Positions 1 through 9,575 of a stretch of DNA of 64,000 bases are shown here, piece after piece. The translations under genes were made by a program, and so were the position numbers. Source of the DNA: Methanobacteriota archaeon (lineage in GTDB: Archaea > Thermoplasmatota > Thermoplasmata > SG8-5 > JAGLSY01). The notes under the pieces are model-generated. The model worked only from the letters and a program-made list of their open reading frames with translations, did no database searches and was not told the DNA's origin. How positions within the stretch are numbered: the first letter of the stretch is position 1; each line of letters begins with the position of its first letter. The stretch covers positions 256,001 through 320,000 of the forward strand of contig JAEHCQ010000001.1 of assembly GCA_020696385.1 (NCBI GenBank). The letters are read 5' to 3'.

Positions 1-863
1 CCGATCTTCTCAATGACCTTGATCTTGATATGTTCATCCACATCGAGGTCAAACACATTCCTGTGAACTTGATTGATTATATCATGGCCAGATAATCCGT
101 AATTGATCAGAAGTTTGTCAAGTAGATTACGGGCCTCGATGAACTCACCCTTCAATGCGGTGATCATCATATCCTTCAATTCTTCCGGGCGGCCAGTTGA
201 ACTGGTCTTGTAAACAGCCTCGGCATCGATCGTGGTCCCCATAGATGCGGAAACCTGCATGATATTGGTGGCCCTTCGAAGGTCACCACCCGCGACATAG
301 AGTAGAGCGTCCATTCCATCCTCAGTCACTTCCAGCTTTTCACTGAGAGCTATCCGTCTTAGATATTTCTTAACATCATCGGCATTGAGTGACTTGAACC
401 TGAAGACCGCGCATCTTGACTGGATAGGGTCTATAAGCTTCGATGAATAGTTACATGAAAGAATGAAACGACAGGTATTCGTGTATTTCTCCATCGTTCT
501 TCTTAGAGCTGCCTGGGCATCGGATGTGAGTGAGTCTGCCTCATCAAGGAATATGACCTTGAAGGGAGTGTCCGCAATAGGAGCGGTACGAGCGAAATCC
601 TTGATCTTGTTCCTCACAACATCGATCCCTCTCTCATCGGATGCATTCATTTCATGAAAATTGAGCTTCCAATTCTCGCCGAACATTTCCTTCGTAAGGG
701 CGAGAGCGGAGGTTGTCTTTCCAGTTCCCGCAGGACCTGCGAACATGAGATGTGGCATGTTCATTGTCTCCACATAGCTTTTCAGCCTTTCAACAACACC
801 GGTCTGACCAACGACCTCGTCCAAAGTCTTTGGACGGTATTTCTCAACCCAGACATCATTCAT
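1..863 (-). CDS. rfcS: Replication factor C small subunit (3' end runs off the window)
   Basis: Not in the ORF track. Manual translation from ATG at 863 gives MNDVWVEKYRPKTLDEVVGQ, Walker A GPAGTGKT, DEADSLT..AQAALRRTME and SRC motifs. Confidence 0.95.
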   Translation of the reverse strand, partial: MNDVWVEKYRPKTLDEVVGQTGVVERLKSYVETMNMPHLMFAGPAGTGKTTSALALTKEMFGENWKLNFHEMNASDERGIDVVRNKIKDFARTAPIADTPFKVIFLDEADSLTSDAQAALRRTMEKYTNTCRFILSCNYSSKLIDPIQSRCAVFRFKSLNADDVKKYLRRIALSEKLEVTEDGMDALLYVAGGDLRRATNIMQVSASMGTTIDAEAVYKTSSTGRPEELKDMMITALKGEFIEARNLLDKLLINYGLSGHDIINQVHRNVFDLDVDEHIKIKVIEKI

Positions 864-873
864 AAAGATCACT

Positions 874-2496
874 TCAGCCTACGATGTCCTTGAAAGCCTG
901 CTCCTCTTTCACTGCTTCAAAGGCCTCATCATCCCTGGCACGCTCCTTGAAATCATCATCTATGCCAGCTGCGCGTGTGAGGAAGGGGAAGATAAGGTTA
1001 TTATTGCCCTTCTTTGCCTCTGCACAAGCTTTGTAATACCATGCTGTGCCATTGTTCATATCCCTCTTTACAACATTATTGAGGGTATTGACAGCATCAT
1101 CATATTTGCCGCTTCTGTAAAGTGATGCACCCTTGGTAAGGTAGGCGGTGACGTCCTCGGGATCAAGTTCCAGAAGCTTGTCAAAGACACCTACGGCATC
1201 ATCATACTTCTCCATCTGGAACAAAGCCGCGGCCTTATTATGAAGTGTATCTGCATCATTGGGCTTGAGCTCTGCCAATTTATCAAAGCAAGCAAGTGCA
1301 TTCTCAAAGTCCCCATTCTCAAAGTACTCATCTCCCTTTGAGATGAGATCCTCTTCGGACATTGGAGCATCTTCAACAGGAGCTTCCTCGACCACTGGTT
1401 CGGGCTCGGGCTCTTCGATGACAGGCTCAGGGGTGGGTTCAAAGGCTGGCTCCTCAACGACAGGCTCGGGTTCGGACTCGAAAGCCGGTTCCTCGACCAC
1501 TGGTTCTGGTTCTGGTTCGGGAGTGGGTTCTTCGATAACTGGCTCGGGTTCGGATTCCTCAATAATTGGCTCTGGTTCTTCAGCTTCAATAGTGATCTCA
1601 GGAGTTGGTTCCTCAACGATGGTCTCTTCAATGACCATCTCAGGGGCGGGTTCTTCAATAACAGGTTCTTCAATGGTCATTTCTGGAATTAGCTCTGGCT
1701 CTTCAGCAATTTCCATTTCTGGAGCTGGTTCATCAACAATGCCAAGCTTCTCCTTTGCATGGACATTATCTGGATCCAATTCCAATACTTTTCTGTAAGG
1801 GTCATCGGATTCTGTCAGATGGCCCAATCTCAGATAGCATTCGACTGCTTCCTCGGCATCATTTTTCTCCTCGAGGAGCTCGGCCTTCTTCTTCCAAAGT
1901 TCGATATCCTTTGGATCCTTTCGAAGAGCCTCGTCAATTGCCTCAACGGTATCCAGTGATGGTGGTGGAACCTCTCCACCTGTTTTGGCGGCATACTCAT
2001 CCTTTCTGGATGGATTGACCTCCATTAATTTAATGTAAGCTTCCTTCGCATCATCATCCCTGCCATCCAGGGTGAAGGCTTCGGCCTTGTTCTCTAGAGC
2101 CTCGACACTATTTGGGTAACGCTTGAGAACCTCATTGAAACACATAACAGCATAATTGAGCATGGTCTTATTGCTAAGATGCACCATACCTCTGCTTAGC
2201 CAGGCATCGACATTATCCGGAGATAATTGGGTAGCTTTGTCAAAACACTCTATAGCCCGATCTGGCTCCCCGGTCTCGAATAGACCATGGCCAGTGCGAG
2301 TGTACAATTCAGAGAACTCTTCAGGATCCTCAGCAACCTTTTCCTCACGGTAAAGGTATCTGTGGGCCCGCCTGTACTCGGACGCGGACTTTTCAGTATT
2401 TCCATTCTTGAGGTATGTATCTGCATCAGAGAGAATTGCTTCTATCTCCGCAACAACCTTGCTTTTCTTAGATTTCTTACCTCCAAAAAGGGCCAT
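874..2496 (-). CDS. Tetratricopeptide-repeat protein with Pro/Glu-rich linker
   Basis: TPR consensus blocks at both ends (AIECFDKATQLSPDNVDAW; ALACFDKLAELKPNDADTL) flanking EPEPVVEEP repeats. Confidence 0.85.
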   Translation of the reverse strand: MALFGGKKSKKSKVVAEIEAILSDADTYLKNGNTEKSASEYRRAHRYLYREEKVAEDPEEFSELYTRTGHGLFETGEPDRAIECFDKATQLSPDNVDAWLSRGMVHLSNKTMLNYAVMCFNEVLKRYPNSVEALENKAEAFTLDGRDDDAKEAYIKLMEVNPSRKDEYAAKTGGEVPPPSLDTVEAIDEALRKDPKDIELWKKKAELLEEKNDAEEAVECYLRLGHLTESDDPYRKVLELDPDNVHAKEKLGIVDEPAPEMEIAEEPELIPEMTIEEPVIEEPAPEMVIEETIVEEPTPEITIEAEEPEPIIEESEPEPVIEEPTPEPEPEPVVEEPAFESEPEPVVEEPAFEPTPEPVIEEPEPEPVVEEAPVEDAPMSEEDLISKGDEYFENGDFENALACFDKLAELKPNDADTLHNKAAALFQMEKYDDAVGVFDKLLELDPEDVTAYLTKGASLYRSGKYDDAVNTLNNVVKRDMNNGTAWYYKACAEAKKGNNNLIFPFLTRAAGIDDDFKERARDDEAFEAVKEEQAFKDIVG

Positions 2497-2723
2497 ATGG
2501 TATCCTCCTTTCCCTTACCTTTGCCTGTATAGACTTACATGATAATTGCATGAATGTTTATAAAGCCTTCTACCAAAGTGCCAATCTTTGAAATCACGCC
2601 ATTATCTTGAGCTAAAATTTACAATTAGAGAGCCATAAAGCTTGAAAAATATGTAATAATAGGCCAAAACAATAGGAAATCATATAAATGGGGAGCGTTT
2701 CCCTGTGCCACCGAGGATGTCCA

Positions 2724-2831
2724 ATGAAAAGAGGTTCAAGAGTCTGGAAGAAAAGGGGCAATCAGCGCTGGAAATGGAGAAAGAAGAAAATGCGGCGCAG
2801 GAAGCGAGCCCAGAAGATGAGAAACAAATAG
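2724..2831 (+). CDS. rpl41e: Ribosomal protein eL41 (L41e), 35 aa
   Basis: Manual translation MKRGSRVWKKRGNQRWKWRKKKMRRRKRAQKMRNK*; WRKKxMRR motif; GAGG upstream and TATA-like ATATAAAT near 2682. Confidence 0.88.
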   Translation: MKRGSRVWKKRGNQRWKWRKKKMRRRKRAQKMRNK

Positions 2832-2853
2832 TCTAGGCTATACCTCCTTAAAT

Positions 2854-3105
2854 GGGAGTATGGGGTAACACGGTATCCTCATGGGCTCCAGTTACAGGAA
2901 TGATTTCCATCGGGTATTCTGATGAGATTAATGACGATTAATTTCATGTGATGAATAACTGGAGCGATGACCCGTAGATGGTCTTTGCAGGCAAAATGAC
3001 TTTGACTTATGTCATAGCTCATTCCTGCGGCAGATACCCGTTGATCTGGGTTCAAAATCAAATGTCTGGCTTAAGGACATTTGACTGGAATTCCCAGTGC
3101 TCCCA
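2854..3105 (+). tRNA. trnW: tRNA-Trp(CCA) with two introns (37/38: 2892-3035; about 59/60: 3057-3091)
   Basis: Acceptor GGGAGTA/TGCTCCC, anticodon stem ATGGG/CCCGT with CT-CCA-G, T-stem CTGGG/CCCAG. Removing both introns gives a TTCAAAT loop. BHB-like junctions at both introns. Confidence 0.9.
2892..3035 (+). ncRNA. Intron-encoded box C/D guide RNA for tRNA-Trp Cm34 and Cm39
   Basis: Guide CGGGTAT-T-CTGA pairs with ATACCCG (N+5 = C39). Guide TAACTGGAGC-G-ATGA pairs with GCTCCAGTTA (N+5 = C34). Internal GTGATGA box; terminal stem CAGGAATGA/TCATTCCTG. Confidence 0.85.
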
Positions 3106-3127
3106 TTAATTTTTTTCTTTTTTTATT

Positions 3128-3147
3128 TCCGAGCTATAGAGCTCGGA
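3128..3147. terminator. Hairpin between convergent tRNA-Trp and methyltransferase
   Basis: TCCGAGCT-ATAG-AGCTCGGA perfect 8-bp stem, next to a T-rich tract. Confidence 0.5.
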
Positions 3148-3202
3148 GATAATTTTAATTTGGATATTAAAAATATAAGATTTATAGGTATATTCTATTA
3201 TT

Positions 3203-3853
3203 TTATTCTATTTTCCTCATCACCGTCAAGTATACGGTATAACCGTAAAATCTCTCTTCACTTTCTATGATCAGCCCCGGCGGCAGATAATCTTCCAGCC
3301 TCCGGTTTATCTTGGTATAGCCAAATAGGATCGCGGGAAGCCGCATCCATAGATAGACAGGTATGCCTCTTTTCTTGCTCGGAGGTCCGGTATCCAGCAT
3401 CACGAATATGCCACCCGGCTTGAGGACACGATAGCATTCCCGCATCATCTTCCAGGGATCCGGAACTGTTGTCAAAGTGTAGGTCGCTATCATGGAATCA
3501 AAGAAATCATCATCGAAGGTCATGGCTTCGATGTCCTCCACTTTCAACTCCACCCGATCAACAATATCGGGTGTCAGCCTTTCACGTGCCTTGTCCAGCA
3601 TTCCTTTTGAAAGATCCGCGCCATATACCTTACCGCTGACAAGTTTCTCGGCGATCCAGGGAAGAACAAGGCCGCTGCCAGTACCAACATCAAGAACTAT
3701 GTGATCTGGTTGGACATTCAAAAGTCCAACCGCTTTTTTCCTCCTCTCGACGGTCGTTTGGACCAGACCCGTATCTAGAGAATCATAAGATTTACTGAAG
3801 CCATCATAACGTTTTATGACCTTTTTCTTGTAATCATCCGAAGGAGCCACCAT
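3203..3853 (-). CDS. Class I SAM-dependent methyltransferase (UbiE/MenG-like)
   Basis: VLDVGTGSG motif I, ADLSKGML, ECYRVLKPGG. Confidence 0.85.
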   Translation of the reverse strand: MVAPSDDYKKKVIKRYDGFSKSYDSLDTGLVQTTVERRKKAVGLLNVQPDHIVLDVGTGSGLVLPWIAEKLVSGKVYGADLSKGMLDKARERLTPDIVDRVELKVEDIEAMTFDDDFFDSMIATYTLTTVPDPWKMMRECYRVLKPGGIFVMLDTGPPSKKRGIPVYLWMRLPAILFGYTKINRRLEDYLPPGLIIESEERFYGYTVYLTVMRKIE

Positions 3854-3967
3854 GCTGTATTGGCGTATGAAACTTATACTTTTTCTGAAGTAGGATTGTG
3901 TATTCTGAGTTTCAAAACTAAAGTTATTAATAGGATAATATTCAATTTCGGTGTGAGGAATAAAAAT

Positions 3968-4243
3968 ATGTTTTACCTTTTCTTACCCGATATCGACCTT
4001 GAAATGCTCGGCCTTCTGGTCATGCTTACAATCGTACTAGTTGGTCTGACCTTCGCATTGCTGGGACACATGATATTCAAAATGAGTAATGAGATAAAAA
4101 GACTCAGCTCTTCTGTCGAGAGCGAGGTAAAGGATCTGTCAGATATCAAAGACCAGATCCATCAACATGATGAAACTATAGACCCTAGTGAGGTCATTCC
4201 ACCACCATCATCACCATCTCCACCATCACCACCACCTCAGTAA
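3968..4243 (+). CDS. Small single-pass membrane protein with short coiled coil and Pro-rich tail
   Basis: ATG at 3968 after GTGAGG; hydrophobic stretch LGLLVMLTIVLVGLTFALLG. Confidence 0.6.
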   Translation: MFYLFLPDIDLEMLGLLVMLTIVLVGLTFALLGHMIFKMSNEIKRLSSSVESEVKDLSDIKDQIHQHDETIDPSEVIPPPSSPSPPSPPPQ

Positions 4244-4336
4244 ATGATGGAAACTTGATATGATTATGTAAAAGGATAATGTGCCCAACAAGTTAATATA
4301 CCGCTATTCGCATAATCTTATGCATAATGGAATGGT

Positions 4337-4597
4337 GTGAACATGATATTTGTTACAATGATCGAAACAATGCCTGGAACTTTTGAAGAATCTCTGAGAG
4401 CCATGAAAAGGCTGAAAATTCCAGAGAATATCAAGGTAAGAGAGTTCCTGGGTCTTTTCGGTGGAATAGACGCCATCATAATTTTTGAAGCAGAGGATCA
4501 GAAAGATGCTGCGGATTTCATATCCCACATCGCTTGCTACGTCGAATGCAAGACATCTTTCGCTCTGCCAATTGATGAGTTCACCTGGACAAGATGA
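4337..4597 (+). CDS. Stand-alone GYD / Lrp-AsnC ligand-binding-like dimeric alpha+beta barrel protein
   Basis: LFGGIDAIIIFEAED motif resembling G(R/x)YD; 86 aa; no HTH. Confidence 0.6.
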   Translation: MNMIFVTMIETMPGTFEESLRAMKRLKIPENIKVREFLGLFGGIDAIIIFEAEDQKDAADFISHIACYVECKTSFALPIDEFTWTR

Positions 4598-4628
4598 GAT
4601 ATAGATGAGATATTCAGGTAAATTGGAT

Positions 4629-5846
4629 TCATTCAATTGAGTCTATAGCATCGCCAATAAGCAGAGCCAGCTTCGTCTCTTTCACGTCATGGACACGGAT
4701 GATATCTGCCCCATTCATGGCAGATATCACAGCCGCCGCCACACTGCCTTCCAGTCTTTCATCCTCATCAGTTCCCTGAAGTTTTCCAATGAAGGATTTT
4801 CTGGAAGCTCCGACCAAAATAGGCAGGCCCAGCATCTTGAATTCAGATAGCCTCTTCAGTATTAGCAAATTATGATCCAGTGTCTTGCCAAAGCCGATCC
4901 CTGGATCGATTATTATATTGTCCTTGGAGATACCTTGATCCATTGCCTTGGCGATCCGTTGCCTGAAGAAATCGATGATGTCAAATACAACATCATCGTA
5001 GATCGGCTCATCCTGCATATTATCAGGAGTGCCAGACATATGCATGATGATCACTGGCACATTCCTTTCAACTGCCAATTTTATCATCCTATCATCTGCA
5101 AGGCCAGTGACGTCATTTATCATTGATGCCCCAGCATCCAAGGCGGCCTTAGCAACCTCTGGCTTGGAAGTATCTATGGATATTGGAACATTTATGATCT
5201 TCACAAGCCCTTCGATGACAGGTATCACTCGGCTCAATTCCTCCTCTATCGTGATGGGGGCAGAGCCCGGGCGGGTGGATTCACCACCAATGTCGATCAT
5301 ATCCGCGCCTTCCTCCGCCATCCTTATCGCACAGCCCACGGCCTCTCCAATACTGGAGAACTGGCCGCCGTCCGAGAAAGAGTCGGGAGTCACATTCAAT
5401 ATGCCCATGATCCAGGTCTGGCCTTCTAATTTGAATATCTTATCATCGCAGGAAATGGCTGACCCTCCAGGGCAGTCGATATTGGCCAATGCTGTTTCGA
5501 TATGCACGGCGATATCCTTGAGCCCAAAGGGTTGCTTTTGAAATTTAGAGATTATAAAGCTATACTGCTTCTCGGTGGCCATGAGAAGCATGTCGCTGCA
5601 TTTGCCAAGGTCTGATAAGCAATGGTAAGCGAGGGCCGCCTCTCCGCCCTTGCTCAAAAATTCCTGCTTGATGATATTGGCCGCCCTCGGGTCGATGTCC
5701 CGGAGCACGAAAGTGAAAAAGCGGCCTTTGGGAACCATGACATCCAGTCCACCGACATCAACGCCAATCCTCTTCATCTCGGCCTCGATCTGACGCGGAT
5801 TATCAAAATTTCGCACATACACACGACTTGTCATATGGAAGTACAT
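4629..5846 (-). CDS. folP: Dihydropteroate synthase with ~130-aa N-terminal extension
   Basis: MGILNVTPDSFSDGG, DIGGESTRPG, IDPGIGFGK, SRKSFIG, RVHDV. Confidence 0.95.
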   Translation of the reverse strand: MYFHMTSRVYVRNFDNPRQIEAEMKRIGVDVGGLDVMVPKGRFFTFVLRDIDPRAANIIKQEFLSKGGEAALAYHCLSDLGKCSDMLLMATEKQYSFIISKFQKQPFGLKDIAVHIETALANIDCPGGSAISCDDKIFKLEGQTWIMGILNVTPDSFSDGGQFSSIGEAVGCAIRMAEEGADMIDIGGESTRPGSAPITIEEELSRVIPVIEGLVKIINVPISIDTSKPEVAKAALDAGASMINDVTGLADDRMIKLAVERNVPVIIMHMSGTPDNMQDEPIYDDVVFDIIDFFRQRIAKAMDQGISKDNIIIDPGIGFGKTLDHNLLILKRLSEFKMLGLPILVGASRKSFIGKLQGTDEDERLEGSVAAAVISAMNGADIIRVHDVKETKLALLIGDAIDSIE

Positions 5847-5941
5847 GTAGCTTATTGATAATAATGATTATTGATTACAATCACCATAATATCCAAGCAT
5901 CGATGAAATGCATTTATACCATTGCGAGCATTATCTGAAGC

Positions 5942-6598
5942 ATGATGGTCCATTTCATTGAGGGCGGAGGTTTCAGTGGCAATATTTACCTGATCGAGGG
6001 AACACATCCAGTCATGATAGACACTGGATGGGATGCCAATATTGATAAGATCGCACCCCAGATAGAGCGAGCACTGGACGGAAAAAAACTGGACAAGATC
6101 ATACTCACCCACAGGCATGTGGATCACGTCGGTGGGGCTTTGGCGATTAAAGAACACTTCGGCGGGACGATATATGCGCAGAAGAAAGAGGCTGAAGCAC
6201 TGCGCGAGGGCGACCCGGAATCCACTGGAGCCAGGATGTTCGGAACAAGGATCAAACCCATGGAAGTGGAGGACTTGAAGGATGGCGATGTCATCGATCT
6301 GGGGGATGGTGGATCATTGAAGGTGATGGAAACTCCAGGTCACACTAATGGAGGCATTTGCCTCCTGGACAATGAAGATGGATTATTCTCTGGCGATACC
6401 GTATTCACCGAAGGTGGTGTCGGTCGCTGGGATCTTCCAACCGGGGATGTCCAGATGTTGCTCAAGTCTATCGAAACTCTGGCCGAGCTTCCCATAGTTT
6501 CCCTTTACCCTGGCCACGGAATGCCTGCCGAGAAGGATGGAGCCAGGCATATCAAGCTCAGTTTGAGAAGTCTAAAAGGATATGGAATTTATGGTTGA
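5942..6598 (+). CDS. Metallo-beta-lactamase-fold hydrolase (glyoxalase II-like)
   Basis: THRHVDHVGG, TPGHT, FSGD, PGHG. Confidence 0.9.
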   Translation: MMVHFIEGGGFSGNIYLIEGTHPVMIDTGWDANIDKIAPQIERALDGKKLDKIILTHRHVDHVGGALAIKEHFGGTIYAQKKEAEALREGDPESTGARMFGTRIKPMEVEDLKDGDVIDLGDGGSLKVMETPGHTNGGICLLDNEDGLFSGDTVFTEGGVGRWDLPTGDVQMLLKSIETLAELPIVSLYPGHGMPAEKDGARHIKLSLRSLKGYGIYG

Positions 6599-7211
6599 GA
6601 TCATCGCTCTGGATAAAGATAAGACACCTTCTTCGGAATTGGTACAGAGGATCGAGAACATTCTGGGAACTGGTGGTCTGATAGTCTATCCCACCTCCAC
6701 CCTTTATGGCCTGGGAGCCAGCATATTCTCAAAAGAAGGAGTGGAGAAGCTCATGGAGGTGAAGCAGAGGCCATATGGAATGCCTTTATCTGTCTTCATA
6801 AGGCGTGAGAATGTGACTGATATCTGTGATATTCCAATCACCGCACTGCCACTTTTAAATTCCGGGCTGGCATTGACATTCATACTGCCTGCGAAACCAA
6901 ATGTACCATCTCTATTGATTAAAGATGGCAGTGTGGCTATCAGATTTCCAGATTCGACCCTGATAGATGCCATTTGCAAGTCCGTTGGATCGATGACCGC
7001 GACCAGTGCCAATCGACATGGCCTGCAGGATCCCGCAGATATCCAGACAGCGATAGATGATCTGGGCGAGGATGTGGAACTATATCTGGATAGCGGGGAC
7101 ACAGAACTTGGGAAGGGTACCACCATCGTGGATCTGACCCAATCAGCGGTAAGAATTATTAGGGAAGGGATTATTCCCAAAGAAAAGGTTATGGATATCC
7201 ATGGACGATGA
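6582..7211 (+). CDS. tsaC: L-threonylcarbamoyladenylate synthase (YrdC/TsaC domain only)
   Basis: YPTSTLYGLG, KQRP, TATSAN, TTIVDLT, IIREG. Confidence 0.88.
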   Translation: MEFMVEIIALDKDKTPSSELVQRIENILGTGGLIVYPTSTLYGLGASIFSKEGVEKLMEVKQRPYGMPLSVFIRRENVTDICDIPITALPLLNSGLALTFILPAKPNVPSLLIKDGSVAIRFPDSTLIDAICKSVGSMTATSANRHGLQDPADIQTAIDDLGEDVELYLDSGDTELGKGTTIVDLTQSAVRIIREGIIPKEKVMDIHGR

Positions 7212-8091
7212 AGTAAGAGAAAAATACCTCAAGGCCGGAAAGATCGGATCAATGGCAAGAGAGCTGGGTAGAGAACTTGTTGTCGAGGGAGCGTCCTTCC
7301 GAGAAGTGGCGGATTCCATAGAGTTCAAGATCGAACAGCAAGGTGGGAAAGTCGCTTTCCCAGTGAACATCGCTGTCGATAATATCGCCGCCCATTTCAC
7401 ACCAACATCCGTCGATACACAAGTTTTCAAGAAGGGCATGCTTGCCAAGATCGATGTGGGAGCCCATGTTGATGGCTACATCGCGGACAGCACCTTTACA
7501 AAGGAAGTGGGTACCAATCGTTGGCACGAACTAATAAAGGCCTCTACAGAGGCTCTAGAGGCCGCTATCGACGTTACCAAACCCGGTGTCAGGGCCAAGG
7601 AGATCGGAGGGGCTGTTGAACGAACTATCGAATCTTATGGCTTCAATCCGATAACCAATCTAACTGGCCACAGTCTTAGAAGATACAATTTACACGCGGG
7701 GTTGAGCATCCCGAATATCATGGACGGGAGCGACGACATCGTGAAAGAAGGTGATGCCATCGCGATCGAGCCTTTTGCCACCAACGGAGCAGGGAGAGTT
7801 GCCGGAAGGAAAAGCGGCAACATCTACCGCATGATGAGAAAGAGGGAAGTGGATGATCCACAGCTCAATGAGCTTATCAGTAAGATTTACGAGGAATTCC
7901 GGGGCTTGCCATTCTCGGAAAGATGGGTTGCTAGACAGGTGAAGAAACCGAAGCCGGTATTAAGAAAACTATTCAGATCTGGCGTGATCACGACATACCC
8001 TGTACTTCTGGAAATAGAGAAGGGTATGGTGTCCCAGGCCGAGCATACTGTTATTGTTACTGAGAAAGGGTGTGTTGTTACGACGCGGTAG
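7201..8091 (+). CDS. map: Type II methionine aminopeptidase
   Basis: AFPVNI, AAHFTP, IDVGAHVDGYIAD, NLTGH, AIEPF, QAEHTV. Confidence 0.95.
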   Translation: MDDEVREKYLKAGKIGSMARELGRELVVEGASFREVADSIEFKIEQQGGKVAFPVNIAVDNIAAHFTPTSVDTQVFKKGMLAKIDVGAHVDGYIADSTFTKEVGTNRWHELIKASTEALEAAIDVTKPGVRAKEIGGAVERTIESYGFNPITNLTGHSLRRYNLHAGLSIPNIMDGSDDIVKEGDAIAIEPFATNGAGRVAGRKSGNIYRMMRKREVDDPQLNELISKIYEEFRGLPFSERWVARQVKKPKPVLRKLFRSGVITTYPVLLEIEKGMVSQAEHTVIVTEKGCVVTTR

Positions 8092-8181
8092 GAGCTGGGC
8101 TATAAACTGACCTATACAGTTATAAATTGACATGTCAATAATTGATTTAAATACTTAGAAAACAAATCAGTATTGATAAGA

Positions 8182-8856
8182 ATGAAGAGCAAAAACATAA
8201 TTCCAATCATTTTGATAGTCATATTAATCCTCATAATGATAATTGGAATTTATACTTATTTCTTAATGCCGAGTGATTCATTTCCAAATAGCATCTCTGC
8301 GAGTCAAATTAATTTAGCAGAAGGAACTTCTGAATCAACAGGGATCATCGAGTTCGGAACATTCAGCGGTTCTGTCGAATATGACGAATTACGAATATTC
8401 ATTTGGGAGAATGATACCTATGCAGGATATTTGGAAATCAGAGATTACTCAGGTACTATTCCAATCAATGTAACATGGTCAAAGGGACCTGACGATGCTA
8501 TAGTAACCTATTTTGACTATAATCCAAATGGCAATGAGATTAATAATGGAGATTACTTGAATTTCAGCGGACTTTCACCAAGTACAAGCTACTCGATCTA
8601 TATTATCTATAAACCTTCTGGAACTTATATTTCCATATATGGCCCTAATAATTTTATAACAAAGCCAGCAGATAGCTTCGACAGAATAACTGATTGGGAG
8701 CCTATTCCAGAAGAAGATAAGGATTATGGTATCTGGCCTGCGCAATCGGATGATTATTACGATGGAAAATTATTTTGTCTTGCTGGATGCATAGCGATCA
8801 TTGTTTCGATCGCTTATTTAGTCAGATGGATTAAAAGCGATTTCGATGACAAGTGA
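8182..8856 (+). CDS. AT-rich membrane-anchored extracellular protein (pilin/Ig-like beta domain)
   Basis: N-terminal hydrophobic helix, NGNEINNGDY motif, C-terminal TM helix; lower GC than flanks. Confidence 0.6.
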   Translation: MKSKNIIPIILIVILILIMIIGIYTYFLMPSDSFPNSISASQINLAEGTSESTGIIEFGTFSGSVEYDELRIFIWENDTYAGYLEIRDYSGTIPINVTWSKGPDDAIVTYFDYNPNGNEINNGDYLNFSGLSPSTSYSIYIIYKPSGTYISIYGPNNFITKPADSFDRITDWEPIPEEDKDYGIWPAQSDDYYDGKLFCLAGCIAIIVSIAYLVRWIKSDFDDK

Positions 8857-8898
8857 TAGATTATAGAATAATGTTCAAAGAATGCGATGCATATTAAT

Positions 8899-8926
8899 AC
8901 TATAGCGGCTATAGTCATTATAGTGA
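8899..8926 (+). promoter_or_regulatory. Palindromic operator over the TA promoter
   Basis: ACTATAGC-G-GCTATAGT perfect palindrome plus TCATTATAGTGA just before ATG 8931; TA operons are typically autoregulated. Confidence 0.55.
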
Positions 8927-8930
8927 TAGC

Positions 8931-9119
8931 ATGGAAACAACCACGATCCAAGTAGATACCCAGATCCGAGATACACTCAGATCCTTTGGCAGAAAAGGCG
9001 ACACCTACAATGATATCTTAACCAAGCTTATAGAGAAGGCCAGATATGTTGATTTCATGGAAGAGAGCTATAAAGTATTGGATACCGAAGAGAGCTGGAC
9101 TAGCCTGGATGCATTATAA
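8931..9119 (+). CDS. Antitoxin, archaeal RHH-like
   Basis: METTTIQV...GRKGDTYNDILTKL pattern; acidic C-terminus; overlaps toxin start (TAATG). Confidence 0.75.
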   Translation: METTTIQVDTQIRDTLRSFGRKGDTYNDILTKLIEKARYVDFMEESYKVLDTEESWTSLDAL

Positions 9120-9388
9120 TGACCAAGCCAGTGATTTTATCAAGCAGGGCAATTAAAGAGTACTCTCAACTTTCGAAACAGATGCAGAAACGTGTTAAGG
9201 TATCTTTGGAAGAATTAGGAGCTGGCTCCAAGCGGTTGGACATCAAGAAATTGAAGGGCACTGGCGACAGAGAGGATCTGTATCGCTTAAGGGTCGGTGA
9301 TTACAGGATCACCTATTACCCAGAGCCGGATGTCATCAAGATAATTCGCATTGATCATCGTGGCAAAGGATTTAGCTGGCTTGATTGA
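9119..9388 (+). CDS. RelE/ParE-family toxin
   Basis: DIKKLKG...YRLRVGDYRI...IDHRG signature. Confidence 0.9.
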   Translation: MTKPVILSSRAIKEYSQLSKQMQKRVKVSLEELGAGSKRLDIKKLKGTGDREDLYRLRVGDYRITYYPEPDVIKIIRIDHRGKGFSWLD

Positions 9389-9421
9389 GATCAGTCCTTC
9401 GTGTTTATGGTTTTAGAAAGA

Positions 9422-9544
9422 TGGACCTCCCCGCCCTTTGGACGGGGTTTCGAATCAGAAGCACTCTAGACTGTCACTCACTGAGTCATCACTGAGAGTA
9501 CCCCGCCCGCACACTGTCAATATACTGTGTTTAGACGGGGCATG
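9422..9544 (-). mobile_element. Non-autonomous IS200/IS605-like palindromic element, copy 1
   Basis: Two same-orientation CCCCG...CGGGG hairpins; minus strand ends GAAACCCCGTCCAAAGGGCGGGGAGGTCCA like IS605/IS1341 right ends; 74-bp collinear homology to 16662-16735. Confidence 0.55.
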
Positions 9545-9575
9545 CTCGCATTCAACATGCTGAGAAAATGCAGGA

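Noticed and set aside
1-863. Intein in RFC small subunit
   Set aside because: Reading through Walker A and downstream motifs is continuous, with no insertion.
1259-1798. Ser/Gly-rich 179-aa ORF
   Set aside because: Antisense mirror of the Pro/Glu repeats of the TPR gene.
2879-3061. 60-aa minus-strand ORF
   Set aside because: Overlaps the tRNA-Trp gene and its intron.
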